A DNA stretch of 64,000 nucleotides, taken from NCBI GenBank assembly GCA_963751455.1, contig CAVVUN010000001.1, positions 320,001 through 384,000 on the forward strand, given 5' to 3'. The notes beneath the pieces are model-generated. The model had not been told where the DNA came from and did not search any database. It saw only the letters and a list, made by a program, of their open reading frames with translations. The position numbers and the translations under genes were made by a program. This DNA is from Nitrospirota bacterium. Its GTDB lineage: Bacteria; Nitrospirota; UBA9217. This document shows positions 10,101 through 20,715 of this stretch, piece by piece (position 1 is the first letter of the stretch; every line of letters begins with the position of its first letter).

Positions 10101-11843
10101 TTGGGAAATAATCCTGTAAAAAATAAAATAAAAACACCCGATAAAACCGGTCCAAAAGCGCCCCGGAAATACGCAACTCTTTTAGTACTGCCTGTCGCAC
10201 TTATTGCCGCTGTTTCCTTCGCCGTATATTTCAATGCGCTCTTTAACGGATTTGTGTGGGATGATGAGTACACGGTTGTGCAAAACACTTTGCTGAGGGA
10301 TGTAAGGAACCTGCCTGCTTTTTTTACCCAGAACGTATGGTCTCTTAAAACTGATGCAACAGGGGCTGCTTCAAACTATTTTCGCCCGATTATGAATGTG
10401 ATCTTCATGATTAATTACCACGTCTTCGGATTACAGCCATGGGGTTTCCATCTAATCAACATACTTTTTCACGCTGCAATTTCTATCCTTGTGTATCTTA
10501 TTGCTTTGGAACTGTTCAAACGAGGAAACAACACGTATGATAACTCTTCAAACGGTTTGCAAAATCAATTACTATCAATACCCTTTGTCGCAGCGGTCTT
10601 GTTTGCCGTGCATCCGGTACATACGGAGGCCGTTACATGGGTAACTGCATTAACCGAGATCTCTTACGGTTTTTTCTATTTGTTATCCTTGCTTCTCTAT
10701 ATTTATTCATCGGACAGCGGCTCCTTATTTAAGCGGACGTATCTTCTTTCGCTTTTATCATTTTTTCTTGCCGTCCTGTGTAAGGAGCCTGCCTTAATCC
10801 TGCCGGCAATCCTGATCGTTTACGACCATGCAATAATGAGAAAACCCGTTTTCTCTCTCGATTCTTTAAAGAGATATGTCCCCTATCTCCTTACGGCGGG
10901 GTGCTATTTGGTGATGAGGAGCTATGCTCTTGGTTCTCTTTTGCCTGTACAAGCACATTCTGACTTAAGCGACAGCGAGGTTGTAATAAATGCATTCCCT
11001 CTGTTCGCCGAATATTTTCGAAAACTTCTCATTCCTGCAAACCTCAATCTTCTGCATGTTCTTGATCCTATAGATTCGCTGGTTACCGTAAAGGGAATTG
11101 TTTCTTTCATTGTAGCGGTAGCATTCTTACTGTCGCTCATTTATTCCTTCAAAAAAAGCAAAGTATCCTTTTTTGCACTGATGTTCTGGTTTGTAACGAT
11201 AGTGCCGGCGCTGTATATCAGGGGAATAGTGGAGCTATCGATATATGTAAGTGAAAGATATCTATATTTGCCTTCTTTCGGTTTCGTCATTCTCCTTTCT
11301 CTTTTTCTGAAATGGGCGCAGGTGAATGTGATAAGAAGCACCGCTGCCTTCGCGGGCATTTTTTTTCTCATTGCAGGTTCGTATGCCTTCGCAACAATAG
11401 AGCGGAATGCGGTCTGGAAGGACGATTACACACTTTTTTCAGATACTGTCAAGAAATCGCCTTCGGACGAGATCGCAAATATTAATCTCGCGGGCGTGTT
11501 AAGCGACATGGGCAGGCTGAAAGAAGCTATAGATCATTTTCAAATCGCCAGCATGGCCAACCCGGACAACGTTAAAATATATGTATGGTTGGGAGATGCC
11601 TTGTTCAGGAATGGTCAAAAAAATGAAGCTATGTTTATGTACAAATTTGCGCTGGAACTGAATCCTGAGCTGCTTTCAGCCCGTAAGGGTCTTGGATTTG
11701 TGTATTATGATATGGGATTCCTGGAAAAAGCCATGGATGAATATCAGGCCGCTTTGAGATTAAAACCGGATGACGCTGACAGTCTTTTTCAGTTGAATAT
11801 GTTGAAGTCCGTTCAAAACTCTCCCACGTATTCCCGACAATAG
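10101..11843 (+). CDS. TMTC-like GT-C membrane glycosyltransferase with TPR repeats (paralog of 3932-5917)
   Basis: GFVWDD, YFRP, GFHLINILFH, HPVHTEAVTWV, CKE, SERYLYLPS, RNAVW and TPRs. Confidence 0.85.
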   Translation: MGNNPVKNKIKTPDKTGPKAPRKYATLLVLPVALIAAVSFAVYFNALFNGFVWDDEYTVVQNTLLRDVRNLPAFFTQNVWSLKTDATGAASNYFRPIMNVIFMINYHVFGLQPWGFHLINILFHAAISILVYLIALELFKRGNNTYDNSSNGLQNQLLSIPFVAAVLFAVHPVHTEAVTWVTALTEISYGFFYLLSLLLYIYSSDSGSLFKRTYLLSLLSFFLAVLCKEPALILPAILIVYDHAIMRKPVFSLDSLKRYVPYLLTAGCYLVMRSYALGSLLPVQAHSDLSDSEVVINAFPLFAEYFRKLLIPANLNLLHVLDPIDSLVTVKGIVSFIVAVAFLLSLIYSFKKSKVSFFALMFWFVTIVPALYIRGIVELSIYVSERYLYLPSFGFVILLSLFLKWAQVNVIRSTAAFAGIFFLIAGSYAFATIERNAVWKDDYTLFSDTVKKSPSDEIANINLAGVLSDMGRLKEAIDHFQIASMANPDNVKIYVWLGDALFRNGQKNEAMFMYKFALELNPELLSARKGLGFVYYDMGFLEKAMDEYQAALRLKPDDADSLFQLNMLKSVQNSPTYSRQ

Positions 11844-11861
11844 TGACTGGCATATAGCGAT

Positions 11862-12677
11862 ATGGAGAATAGAGAATACGGCCTGATGTACACAGTCGAG
11901 GATGACCACTGGTGGTACGTCGGGTTGAGGAAATTGGCCCTTGCCTTTATTGAAAGATCTTCCGGCAGCGGTGACGATCAAACCATACTTGATGCCGGAT
12001 GCGGGACAGGAGGCATGCTGGCCGAATGCTCTGATTACAATGCCTTTGGCCTGGATATTTCGGATGAGGCGATAAAATTCTGTAAAGTTCGCAAATTGAA
12101 AAACGTGTCCAGGGGTTCAATTTGCGATATGCCTTTTGAGGAGAATTCGTTTGATGTAGTAATTTCGCTCGACGTTCTGTACCATCTGGATGTTTCAGAC
12201 GATTCTGAAGCATTAAAAGAGTTTCACCGGGTACTCTCCGATGGCGGCACGCTCCTGCTGAATCTGCCTGCCTATGATTTCCTGAAGGGCGCTCATGATA
12301 AGGCGGTACACACACGACACAGGTATACTCTGCGCGAGGTAAAAGATAAAGTAGAAAGGGCCGGTTTTGCCGTTGAGAGGATTACATACCGCAACACATT
12401 TCTCTTTCCGCTGATTGCTTCGGCCAGGATCATGAAAAAGCTTATTTTTCGGGAAAGCGGAACGGAATCGGATGTCAAACCCCTGCCGGGCCTGTTAAAC
12501 AGGTTTCTTCGGGACGTCCTCATTTTGGAAAACAGGCTGATTCTCCGAGGAATGGATTTTCCCTTCGGATTATCGGTATTTTGTGCAGCGCGGAAAATGT
12601 CGGGAAGTTCGTCCTCGCTAGTCTGCCCTCATAAAAGTTTAAATAAAAGAAACGAGATGTCTGCGCTTGTGAGGTGA
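11862..12677 (+). CDS. Class I SAM-dependent methyltransferase
   Basis: EDDHWWY, ILDAGCGTG, LDVLYH and HD...H..RY. Confidence 0.85.
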   Translation: MENREYGLMYTVEDDHWWYVGLRKLALAFIERSSGSGDDQTILDAGCGTGGMLAECSDYNAFGLDISDEAIKFCKVRKLKNVSRGSICDMPFEENSFDVVISLDVLYHLDVSDDSEALKEFHRVLSDGGTLLLNLPAYDFLKGAHDKAVHTRHRYTLREVKDKVERAGFAVERITYRNTFLFPLIASARIMKKLIFRESGTESDVKPLPGLLNRFLRDVLILENRLILRGMDFPFGLSVFCAARKMSGSSSSLVCPHKSLNKRNEMSALVR

Positions 12678-12682
12678 TATCT

Positions 12683-13618
12683 ATGAAAGATAAATCTATT
12701 TCCCTATCTATAGTCATACCCGTCTACAACTCCGAAAAAACCATTGTCCCGCTGGTCGATGCGCTTATGGATAATCTGGGACATCGATACAGGGTTGAAA
12801 TCATTCTGGTGAATGACAACTCCAGGGACCGTTCGGAAGAAGCCTGCATAGCTTTGCATGCTAAATACAAGAACAATGTGAGGTTTTACTCTTTATCAAA
12901 AAATGTGGGCGAACATTCAGCGGTTATGGCGGGACTCAACAAAACTACATCCGACTATGTCGTTGTTATGGATGACGATTTTCAAAACCCCGTAAGCGAA
13001 GTATCGAAACTCGTCGATTTTATTTTAACGGAAGAATTCGATGTCGTGTATACCTTTTACAAACAGAAGAAGCATTCCTTTTTCAGAAATGCCGGGAGCA
13101 GGTTTAACGACAAGATGGCCAATATCATGCTGCGAAAGCCGAAAGACCTCTATCTTTCCAGTTTTAAGATCATGAACAGGTTTTTGGTAAACGAGATAAT
13201 CAAGTATAAGGCCCCTTTTCCATATATCGACGGCCTCATATTACAGATCACGGACAAGATAGGAAAAACAGAGGTTGAGCATCATACCCGTCTGGACAGC
13301 ACGTCCGGATATACGATAAGGAAACTGATTTCATTGTGGCTGAACATGTTCACCAATTTCTCAATATTGCCTCTCAGATTTTCAGTTGCCTTGGGGTTCA
13401 CTTTTTCACTTTTAGGTCTCTGTCTCGGGATATTTACGGTCATTGAAAAAATTATGGATCCCTCGCTGCCGGTAGGTTTTGCCAGTCTGTTTTTTGCAAT
13501 TTCCATATTTGCCGGAGTCCAGCTTATATCTCTCGGAATTATAGGCGAGTATGTCGGCAGAGTTTTCCTGACCCTCAATAAAAAGCCCCAATACACGATT
13601 AAGAAGACATTCGAGTAG
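12683..13618 (+). CDS. GT2 polyprenol-phosphate glycosyltransferase (ArnC/GtrB-like)
   Basis: SIVIPVYN, VND.S.D, MDDDFQ, two C-terminal TM helices and GIIGEYVGR. Confidence 0.88.
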   Translation: MKDKSISLSIVIPVYNSEKTIVPLVDALMDNLGHRYRVEIILVNDNSRDRSEEACIALHAKYKNNVRFYSLSKNVGEHSAVMAGLNKTTSDYVVVMDDDFQNPVSEVSKLVDFILTEEFDVVYTFYKQKKHSFFRNAGSRFNDKMANIMLRKPKDLYLSSFKIMNRFLVNEIIKYKAPFPYIDGLILQITDKIGKTEVEHHTRLDSTSGYTIRKLISLWLNMFTNFSILPLRFSVALGFTFSLLGLCLGIFTVIEKIMDPSLPVGFASLFFAISIFAGVQLISLGIIGEYVGRVFLTLNKKPQYTIKKTFE

Positions 13619-13770
13619 ATAAGGCCTGGGGTATTTTGTGAAAACGCCGCAAGAGATATGGATTATTTTCAATAATCATCTCACGACAATATCTTCGAAA
13701 TCAACCCTCTTTGCTCAATGCAAATGTTACGAATAGAGAGTGAAATTTTTCACATTTATCAGTATTTGCG

Positions 13771-15552
13771 ATGAAACAAACTATGGATAATTATAAAAGT
13801 AAAAGCACCATTCAAAACATTTTACATGATTACCAATATAATGCTCTGATAATTAATTGCCTGCCTATTTTATTGGGAATTGTGGCTTTTTTTCTCGTAG
13901 TTGGCCCTGAGCCATTAAAAGTTCAAAACATCGCCTGGTTAAAGGGCGGCGACCCGGGGCAATCCTATTTGGGTTGGTCTTTCTTTCGTCAATCGCCCTG
14001 GTCTTTTCCGCTCGGATCCAATCCGGCTTATGGCCTTGAGCTTAGCAGTTCTATCTTTTATTCTGATTCTATTCCGCTTCTTGCATTCCTGTTTAAACCT
14101 TTTTCCTCAATTCTTCCCACTACGTTTCAGTACTTTGGCCTCTGGTACCTTGTGTGCTTTGTGCTACAGGCTTGGTTCGCCTGGCAATTAATGGGCCTTA
14201 TAACAAAGGATGTCGCAGTACGAATTATCGCAACAGCATTTTTTCTCTTCAGCCCGACAATGTTATGGCTGATCCACGGTCAGCACGCCTTATTCGGACA
14301 TTGGCTGATACTTGCCGCTTTCTATTTATGCCTTGCGACGGATATTCACAGAAGACAATCGGCATGGATCATTATTGTAATCATATCTTCTTTGATTCAT
14401 GCCTATCTGTTTGCTATGATTCTAGCTCTTTGGATAAGCGACCTGGCGCGGCGCCTGATAGTCAAGGACTTCACGTATTTCTCTGTTGTTAGAGAGGTAT
14501 TTCTAATATTTGCCGGTGTTATCTTCGCTCTCTGGCAGGCTGGTTTTTTTCTTATTAAAACTGGTTTTGGAAGCGCTGGAGATTTTGGTTATTGGAGGTT
14601 GAATATTCTTTCCCCTGTAAACCCTGGAGCAGCGGGCCCGGCGGGGTTTGGTCTGGAAACACTTGGATCTTTAGATAATGATATCTGGTCGTATATTTTA
14701 CCTGCGCTTCCATATAGAGACGGTTCAAACGACCTGGTTTTCTTAGGTATCGGCGTGTTGATCCTAATTGTCCTGACAACGCCATATGCCGTTCGCAGAA
14801 TAAGGCACCTAAAATTTGGGCCTATGTGGATTCCGCTATCAGTTGTACTTTTGAGTCTGACAGTGTTTGCTTTGTCAAACAATGTCGCAGTTGGCAAATT
14901 TGAAATTAATTTGCCTATACCATCTGCTGTATTGAATGTGGCTCAAATGTTTCGTTGTTCTGTACGCATGTTTTGGCCGATGTATTACTTTATCTATCTG
15001 GGGGCTCTTTATCTGTTGATCAAAAGGTATAAGAGGAACATGGCACTTGTGATACTTTCATGTTTACTTGCTCTGCAGGCTGCTGATACCAGTGCCGGAT
15101 GGCTACCGATCCGTCACAGCCATACCGTTAATGCCTCAACATGGCATACACCCTTTAAATCAAGCTTTTGGGAAGCTGCGGGCAAACGCTATCGAAACAT
15201 ACGCGTGGTTTATCCAGGTCGTGTCTCGAAATATGAAGACATAGCGTACTTATCTGCAGCGCTTGGCATGGCAACCGATGCCGCTTATCTGGCTCGTTAC
15301 GATTCAAGTCGGGATAATAACGCAGTTCTCCATGCCATAGCCAGTGTAAGGGACGGGCAGTATGATGACGACTCGGTCTACATTATTTTTGATCCGGTAG
15401 CTGCTTCGTTTGCAGTTTCCTCTATTCGGGCAACTGACGATTTGATTTCTTGTATCGACGGTTTCGTTGTTATTGCACCGGGCTGGAAACACTGTTCTGA
15501 CTGCCCACAATTATCACCACTTAACAGTGTTTATACCTGTAATGAAACATAG
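13771..15552 (+). CDS. DUF6311-like polytopic membrane protein (putative GT-C)
   Basis: GD..Q.YLGW.FFR..PW.FPLG, YSDSIPL and FR...RMFWP; many TM segments. Confidence 0.7.
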   Translation: MKQTMDNYKSKSTIQNILHDYQYNALIINCLPILLGIVAFFLVVGPEPLKVQNIAWLKGGDPGQSYLGWSFFRQSPWSFPLGSNPAYGLELSSSIFYSDSIPLLAFLFKPFSSILPTTFQYFGLWYLVCFVLQAWFAWQLMGLITKDVAVRIIATAFFLFSPTMLWLIHGQHALFGHWLILAAFYLCLATDIHRRQSAWIIIVIISSLIHAYLFAMILALWISDLARRLIVKDFTYFSVVREVFLIFAGVIFALWQAGFFLIKTGFGSAGDFGYWRLNILSPVNPGAAGPAGFGLETLGSLDNDIWSYILPALPYRDGSNDLVFLGIGVLILIVLTTPYAVRRIRHLKFGPMWIPLSVVLLSLTVFALSNNVAVGKFEINLPIPSAVLNVAQMFRCSVRMFWPMYYFIYLGALYLLIKRYKRNMALVILSCLLALQAADTSAGWLPIRHSHTVNASTWHTPFKSSFWEAAGKRYRNIRVVYPGRVSKYEDIAYLSAALGMATDAAYLARYDSSRDNNAVLHAIASVRDGQYDDDSVYIIFDPVAASFAVSSIRATDDLISCIDGFVVIAPGWKHCSDCPQLSPLNSVYTCNET

Positions 15553-15664
15553 TACGGCAGGAGGTCGGGTACCTCGACTGTTACATCAAATTAATTGATT
15601 TTAGCCGTAGATTATTCAATAATCTCCAGCCATGTGATACATATTTCGCCTTGTTTCCAGCCGA

Positions 15665-16810
15665 TCAATTATACCTGCCGCCCCAGAGATTCAGTTTGAT
15701 ATAAATCAATTCTCCGAATGTTCTGAAAGCATCCTTGACTGGCCTGATTTTACTTCCCTCTGAATTATACCAGTTGACCGGTATCTCCCTGATCGTCAAA
15801 TTCAATAGGCGTGCAATTGAAAGAATTTCCATATCGAAGCCGAATCGATTGACCTTCATTCGGCTGAATATCTGCCTGGCAGCTTCATGTCGGAACGCTT
15901 TGAAGCCGCATTGCGTATCATTAATGCCGTCCAGGAGAAATAATTGAATCAATTTATTTCCGAGTCTGCCGATCAGGACCCTGTAGTGCGGTTGCGTTAC
16001 CACTATATCGCTTCCGGAAATATAGCGTGAACCTATAACTACGTGGCTATCTTTAAGAATCGGATAGAACTTGTCAAATTCTTCTATGCGTGTAGAGTTA
16101 TCCGCGTCGACAAACAGGATAACCGCCCCCCGGCTATCGTCAACGCCTTTTTTGACCGCGTGCCCCTTTCCGCGGTTCGGATAATATGCTATGACGTTCA
16201 ATCCGTTTATTCTTTCTTTGAGGTTCTTCACTATACCGACAGTATTGTCGCTGCTTCCGTCATCAACGACTATTATTTGAGTGGTTATTCGCCTTTTGGT
16301 AAAATAGCTGTTAATAGACTCGAGTGTCTTCTCTATCCGACGTTCTTCATTATAAGCAGGAATAATGATACTCACATCAAAATCATATTCTTCTTCACCA
16401 GCGACATAGAAAATCCGGTCTTTGAAAGTCCAGTATTTATTCGCGAGAAAATTCCAGACTAAGACCAGTCCGGATGTGATAAGTTTCGCTGCCATGTACC
16501 ATATCGTGAGGCCGTAAACAAAAAAAGCCATACAGATTTCGGTCAGAAAAAGCCCGACAATTGATACGATAAGGAACTTTATAAATTGCTTTCTGACATT
16601 GCTGCTTTTGTTTTGGAACGTCCAGAATTTGTTCAAAATAAAGTTGTTTATTACTGCCAAAAGAAAAGATAGTGCCGTCGAAACAAGTAAATGGATGTGT
16701 AACAAATCAACAAAGAGGTACAGAGATCCGAGGTCGATTGCCGTTCCAAAGCTGCCTACGATCGCATACTTAAAAAAGGTCGCGTATGTTTTTGCTATAC
16801 TTTCTCGCAT
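15665..16810 (-). CDS. GtrA-family flippase fused to a dolichyl-phosphate glucosyltransferase-like GT2
   Basis: N-terminal GtrA (NF.LNK.WTF; NF..NKYWTF), then SIIIPAYNE, VDDGS.D, DAD, DTQCGFK and FGFDME. Confidence 0.88.
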   Translation of the reverse strand: MRESIAKTYATFFKYAIVGSFGTAIDLGSLYLFVDLLHIHLLVSTALSFLLAVINNFILNKFWTFQNKSSNVRKQFIKFLIVSIVGLFLTEICMAFFVYGLTIWYMAAKLITSGLVLVWNFLANKYWTFKDRIFYVAGEEEYDFDVSIIIPAYNEERRIEKTLESINSYFTKRRITTQIIVVDDGSSDNTVGIVKNLKERINGLNVIAYYPNRGKGHAVKKGVDDSRGAVILFVDADNSTRIEEFDKFYPILKDSHVVIGSRYISGSDIVVTQPHYRVLIGRLGNKLIQLFLLDGINDTQCGFKAFRHEAARQIFSRMKVNRFGFDMEILSIARLLNLTIREIPVNWYNSEGSKIRPVKDAFRTFGELIYIKLNLWGGRYN

Positions 16811-17024
16811 TATTCGTTTTCGACCTCGAAGAAACACAGGCTGATAAACTGCAAGCACACATTTGTAGGCGCTTTTCTGCAGGTGCGCAAGTCGGGTAAT
16901 CCTAGTTGTCTATCAAAATTTAGTGTTTTATCTTATCAAACAAGGGTTGGAAAGTCATGCAGAAAATGATGGAGTCGTGAGACCCGATTAACTCGCGAAG
17001 CGCGATTGCGCGCACCCGGCCGGA

Positions 17025-18239
17025 CTATTTAACCGAACATTCTTCGGGCAGATTTTTCATCAGCGGTCGAAGGGCAAGCGGAGCGAGCAGCGTAGTGACG
17101 GCCACGACAAATACGATTACTGCATACAGAGAATCGTCGAATATGCCGTTCCGCTTCCCCACTTCTGCGAAGATGAGTCCCACCTCGCCCCTCGGCACCA
17201 TAGCCATGCCGGTTGATATTTTGCAATCCCATCCGCCCTTGACCCACAGTCCGCTTGCCATCTTTGATAAAACGGCGACGACCGATAGTGTTCCCGCGAA
17301 CAGCCAGAACGATCCGGAGGTAAAATCAATCACCCGCAAATTGAGCGATACGCCGACCATGACGAAGAACACAGGAACAAAAAGATCGATGATGGGGGTC
17401 ATTGCCTGTTCTATCTTTTCGGCTAGTTCACGGCTGTAGTGTTCTATGGTTTTTCCGAGTGGCAGGAAGAAACGACGCGCCAGCGCTACGCCTGCGGCAA
17501 AAGCTCCGATGATCTCCGGCGCGCCCACCTTGTGGGAAATGACGGCCAGCACAAGGATCATCGAAATGATGAGCGTCGGTATCATGCCCTTCGTCCTGCT
17601 CTTCGCGGAGAGCTGCGCCATCATGGGCACGAACATTTTTGCGATCACCGGTGCGACAAGCAGGAATGCCGTGATAAACACGATGATCTGTATTGTGTCC
17701 GTTATGCTGACCGTTCCCTTCACCGCGAAGTCATAGAGCACGGCCAGGATGACGACACCGATAATGTCATCGAGGACCGCCGCGCCGAGCACGATCTGGG
17801 AAATGATTGTGGTCTGTTTTTTGATGTCAGCGAGGACCCGTACGGTAATGCCGATGCTGGTTGCAACAACGGTCCCCCCGACAAACAGCGAAGGCAGCAG
17901 CGCGAGGTCGAAGATCCCATAAGCGACATAAAAGCCGAAGAGTGCGGGCACTACAACGCCGGTACCAGCAACCAGCAGGGACTGGGCGCCGACCTTGATG
18001 ATTCTTCCCACATCCGTTTCGAGCCCAACCTCGAACAACAGCAGTAAAATTCCGATCTCGGCAAGGAGGTGGAATGTCGCTTCGGGTTCAAGGAAACCGA
18101 GAATGCTCGGCCCGATCACCACTCCGGCAAAAACCTCACCCAGCACCGGCGGCATATTCAATAATGCGAACAACTCGGCAAAGAGCTTTGCCGAGAGCAG
18201 GATGACCATAAGTTTGAGAAAAAAATCGGCGGCGTCCAT
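17025..18239 (-). CDS. CPA2 cation:proton antiporter (NapA-like)
   Basis: LLFEVGLE, ATSIGIT, GAAVLDD, IGAFAAG, PVFFV and MVPRGEVG. Confidence 0.9.
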   Translation of the reverse strand: MDAADFFLKLMVILLSAKLFAELFALLNMPPVLGEVFAGVVIGPSILGFLEPEATFHLLAEIGILLLLFEVGLETDVGRIIKVGAQSLLVAGTGVVVPALFGFYVAYGIFDLALLPSLFVGGTVVATSIGITVRVLADIKKQTTIISQIVLGAAVLDDIIGVVILAVLYDFAVKGTVSITDTIQIIVFITAFLLVAPVIAKMFVPMMAQLSAKSRTKGMIPTLIISMILVLAVISHKVGAPEIIGAFAAGVALARRFFLPLGKTIEHYSRELAEKIEQAMTPIIDLFVPVFFVMVGVSLNLRVIDFTSGSFWLFAGTLSVVAVLSKMASGLWVKGGWDCKISTGMAMVPRGEVGLIFAEVGKRNGIFDDSLYAVIVFVVAVTTLLAPLALRPLMKNLPEECSVK

Positions 18240-18466
18240 GAATGCTCTCAGAAAAATAAAGGCCGGTAAAATGGATTACCAGCCTACATATCCTTATCAT
18301 CACCGGAAACATCAGGCGGCAAAAATAAGATTACGATTGCAAACTAAATATGAGCGTCAAAATCCGCGACAAAAACCAATACTAATGAGAATACCTCACA
18401 TTCCCAATAAAGGCAAGAAAGCCGCTCCGGAGAAGACACCATCAGAGCAGCCTCTTTCTCCCGCTT

Positions 18467-19306
18467 TTACGGCAAAGAATACCGTATGTCGGTGACCTTG
18501 AACCGCGCGTATGAAAATGTTCTGCCGTCTATCATCCAATCCGTTTCGATCTCTGTAGGGATCTTCATGCCCTCAACCTCCTGATACCCCCGGTAATGCG
18601 CTGCCCACGGCTGCCGTTCTTTTTTACCACGGACGTTCCTGTAGCGATCCTCGGTCGTAACTGTAATTATCTCTCCCGCAGCGCTAAACGTGAAGACGGC
18701 TGAAACCCTGTAACCGTAGCCGTGCAGCACAGCCCGTGCCCTCCTTGCATCTATGGCCTGCCACTCTATATCTCCGCCCGGCAGCAGGACGGTCGGAATC
18801 CAGGGAGCCTCGGCCAGATACTGGACCAGTGCGGAAACATCGGTTTCCTTACCAGCTGCAAAAGACAGCGGAAACGCGGCAAAGAGGCGGTTTATTGTAT
18901 CCCCGGTACCTTCGAATAAAAGGTCTCGCGCCTCGGTCCAGATATAAGGCAGAGGCTGCAATCGCCCATGCCAGACGAACGAGGGTTTAGACGCGGACAT
19001 GTGCTGAACCGCATTGAATGGTACCCAGTTGTCGGTCTCGTCCATCCTGAAGACGCCTTCCTGCTTCAGCATAACGAATGCGGGCCGTTTCTGTCCGTTC
19101 CGGAGGGTGTACATGAAATATCTCTGCACGGGTTTCGGAAGATCCCTCAAGTTCTTAAATTCAACGCTTTTGTGCTCATGCTTTGCCGCTGCTCGCACGC
19201 GCTGTTCGTCCTGGCTTACCCGCTTCCGGAACTTGTTTCCGCTCACGTCCACGAAAAGCAGCCCGGTAATTGCAATAACAATGAGAAATGCTATTTTTTT
19301 ACTCAT
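18467..19306 (-). CDS. DUF6544/DUF6920-like membrane-anchored hypothetical protein
   Basis: N-terminal TM; LPKPVQRY, YLAE..W.P and WQAID. Confidence 0.7.
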   Translation of the reverse strand: MSKKIAFLIVIAITGLLFVDVSGNKFRKRVSQDEQRVRAAAKHEHKSVEFKNLRDLPKPVQRYFMYTLRNGQKRPAFVMLKQEGVFRMDETDNWVPFNAVQHMSASKPSFVWHGRLQPLPYIWTEARDLLFEGTGDTINRLFAAFPLSFAAGKETDVSALVQYLAEAPWIPTVLLPGGDIEWQAIDARRARAVLHGYGYRVSAVFTFSAAGEIITVTTEDRYRNVRGKKERQPWAAHYRGYQEVEGMKIPTEIETDWMIDGRTFSYARFKVTDIRYSLP

Positions 19307-19350
19307 TCTTTCACTCCTCCTGAAGAACACTCATGGAATCAATCCGCGCA

Positions 19351-20715
19351 TCAGAACACATAGTACCGTATCCAGACATAAATGGATGCGAGTACAACGG
19401 TAAGAAGCATGACGGGCGTTCCATACGCCATGAATTTGAGAAAGGAAATCTTTTTTCCGGCTTTTTCCGACATTCCGATAACGATGACGTTTGCAGACGC
19501 TCCTACCGCTGTCGCATTCCCCCCAAGACATGCGCCGAGGGCGAGCGACCACCAGAGCGGCATGAGGTCCGGATGATGAAGCAGCTCTGTTCCTGACAGG
19601 TCGGGCCAGAGCTGTCGTGCCATATCAAGTATCAACGGGTTCATGGTGGCCACGTAAGGGATGTTGTCGACCACGGCCGATGCAACCGCGGAAAACCACA
19701 TTACAATCATTGAGGTCGCAAACATATTTCCCTGCGTCAACTGCAGGATCTCGAGCGACATGCGCTTGATAAGTCCTACCTTCACGACGCCGCCCACGAT
19801 GATAAAAAGGCCCATGAAAAAGAAGATGGTAGGCCATTCTATTTCTGCCAGGATATGATGCGGCTCATGCGTTTTGGAAAGCAGAAGCAGAAGTCCAGCC
19901 CCGAAGAGGGCGACCGTGGCAGGTTGAAGATGCAGGACGCTGTGGAATACAAAACCCGTCAGAACCAGGGCAAGTACAAAAAGCGACTTTTTCAGCATAG
20001 CCGGGTTCTTGATCGCCTGGCGCTCGTCCATTGCCATGATCCTCTCTTTGAGCTCATCCCTTGCCACGAGCGTTCTTCCCCACAGGAATTTGATAACGAT
20101 GAGATACACGACCATCAGGATCAGGACGATGGGCGCCAGATGCACGATGAAATCCATGAAGCTGAGCTGCGCCTTTGATGCAATCATGAGGTTCGGCGGA
20201 TCACCGATCAGCGTGGCGGTGCCGCCGATGTTCGAGGCAAGGACGGATGAGATAAGATACGGTATCGGATCAACCTCAAGGGCCTCGGCAATCAGCATGA
20301 CTGCAGGGGTAATCAGCAGGACTATCGTGACGTTGTCGAGAAGCGCGCTCAAAACAGCGGTTACCACTGCAAAAATCGCCATTATCCTGAACGGCTTGCC
20401 CTTCCCCAACTTCGCCGACTTGATCGCAATATATTCGAACACCCCCGTCGGTTTCATCAGGTTGATGATAACCATCATCGAGATCAGCAGGATGATCACG
20501 TTCCAGTCCACACCCAGTTCTTCCACATGAAAAGCTTCGTGCTGCTCGACGATCCTCAGCACGAGCATGAGCGCTGCGGCAAAGAGCGCAACCACGGTCT
20601 TATGCAGCTTCTCGCTCACGATCAACGCATACGAGACGAGGAATATCGTCGTGGCGATCCAGAACGGAATGTCCATTACAAAGCTTTGCGCCCTGGAAAG
20701 CGTATCAAAAGTCAT
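19351..20715 (-). CDS. ArsB/NhaD (IT superfamily) ion transporter
   Basis: SALLDNVT, NIGG.ATLIGDPPN, DNIPY and LGGNAT.VGASAN; ATGA overlap with the CBS gene. Confidence 0.88.
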   Translation of the reverse strand: MTFDTLSRAQSFVMDIPFWIATTIFLVSYALIVSEKLHKTVVALFAAALMLVLRIVEQHEAFHVEELGVDWNVIILLISMMVIINLMKPTGVFEYIAIKSAKLGKGKPFRIMAIFAVVTAVLSALLDNVTIVLLITPAVMLIAEALEVDPIPYLISSVLASNIGGTATLIGDPPNLMIASKAQLSFMDFIVHLAPIVLILMVVYLIVIKFLWGRTLVARDELKERIMAMDERQAIKNPAMLKKSLFVLALVLTGFVFHSVLHLQPATVALFGAGLLLLLSKTHEPHHILAEIEWPTIFFFMGLFIIVGGVVKVGLIKRMSLEILQLTQGNMFATSMIVMWFSAVASAVVDNIPYVATMNPLILDMARQLWPDLSGTELLHHPDLMPLWWSLALGACLGGNATAVGASANVIVIGMSEKAGKKISFLKFMAYGTPVMLLTVVLASIYVWIRYYVF

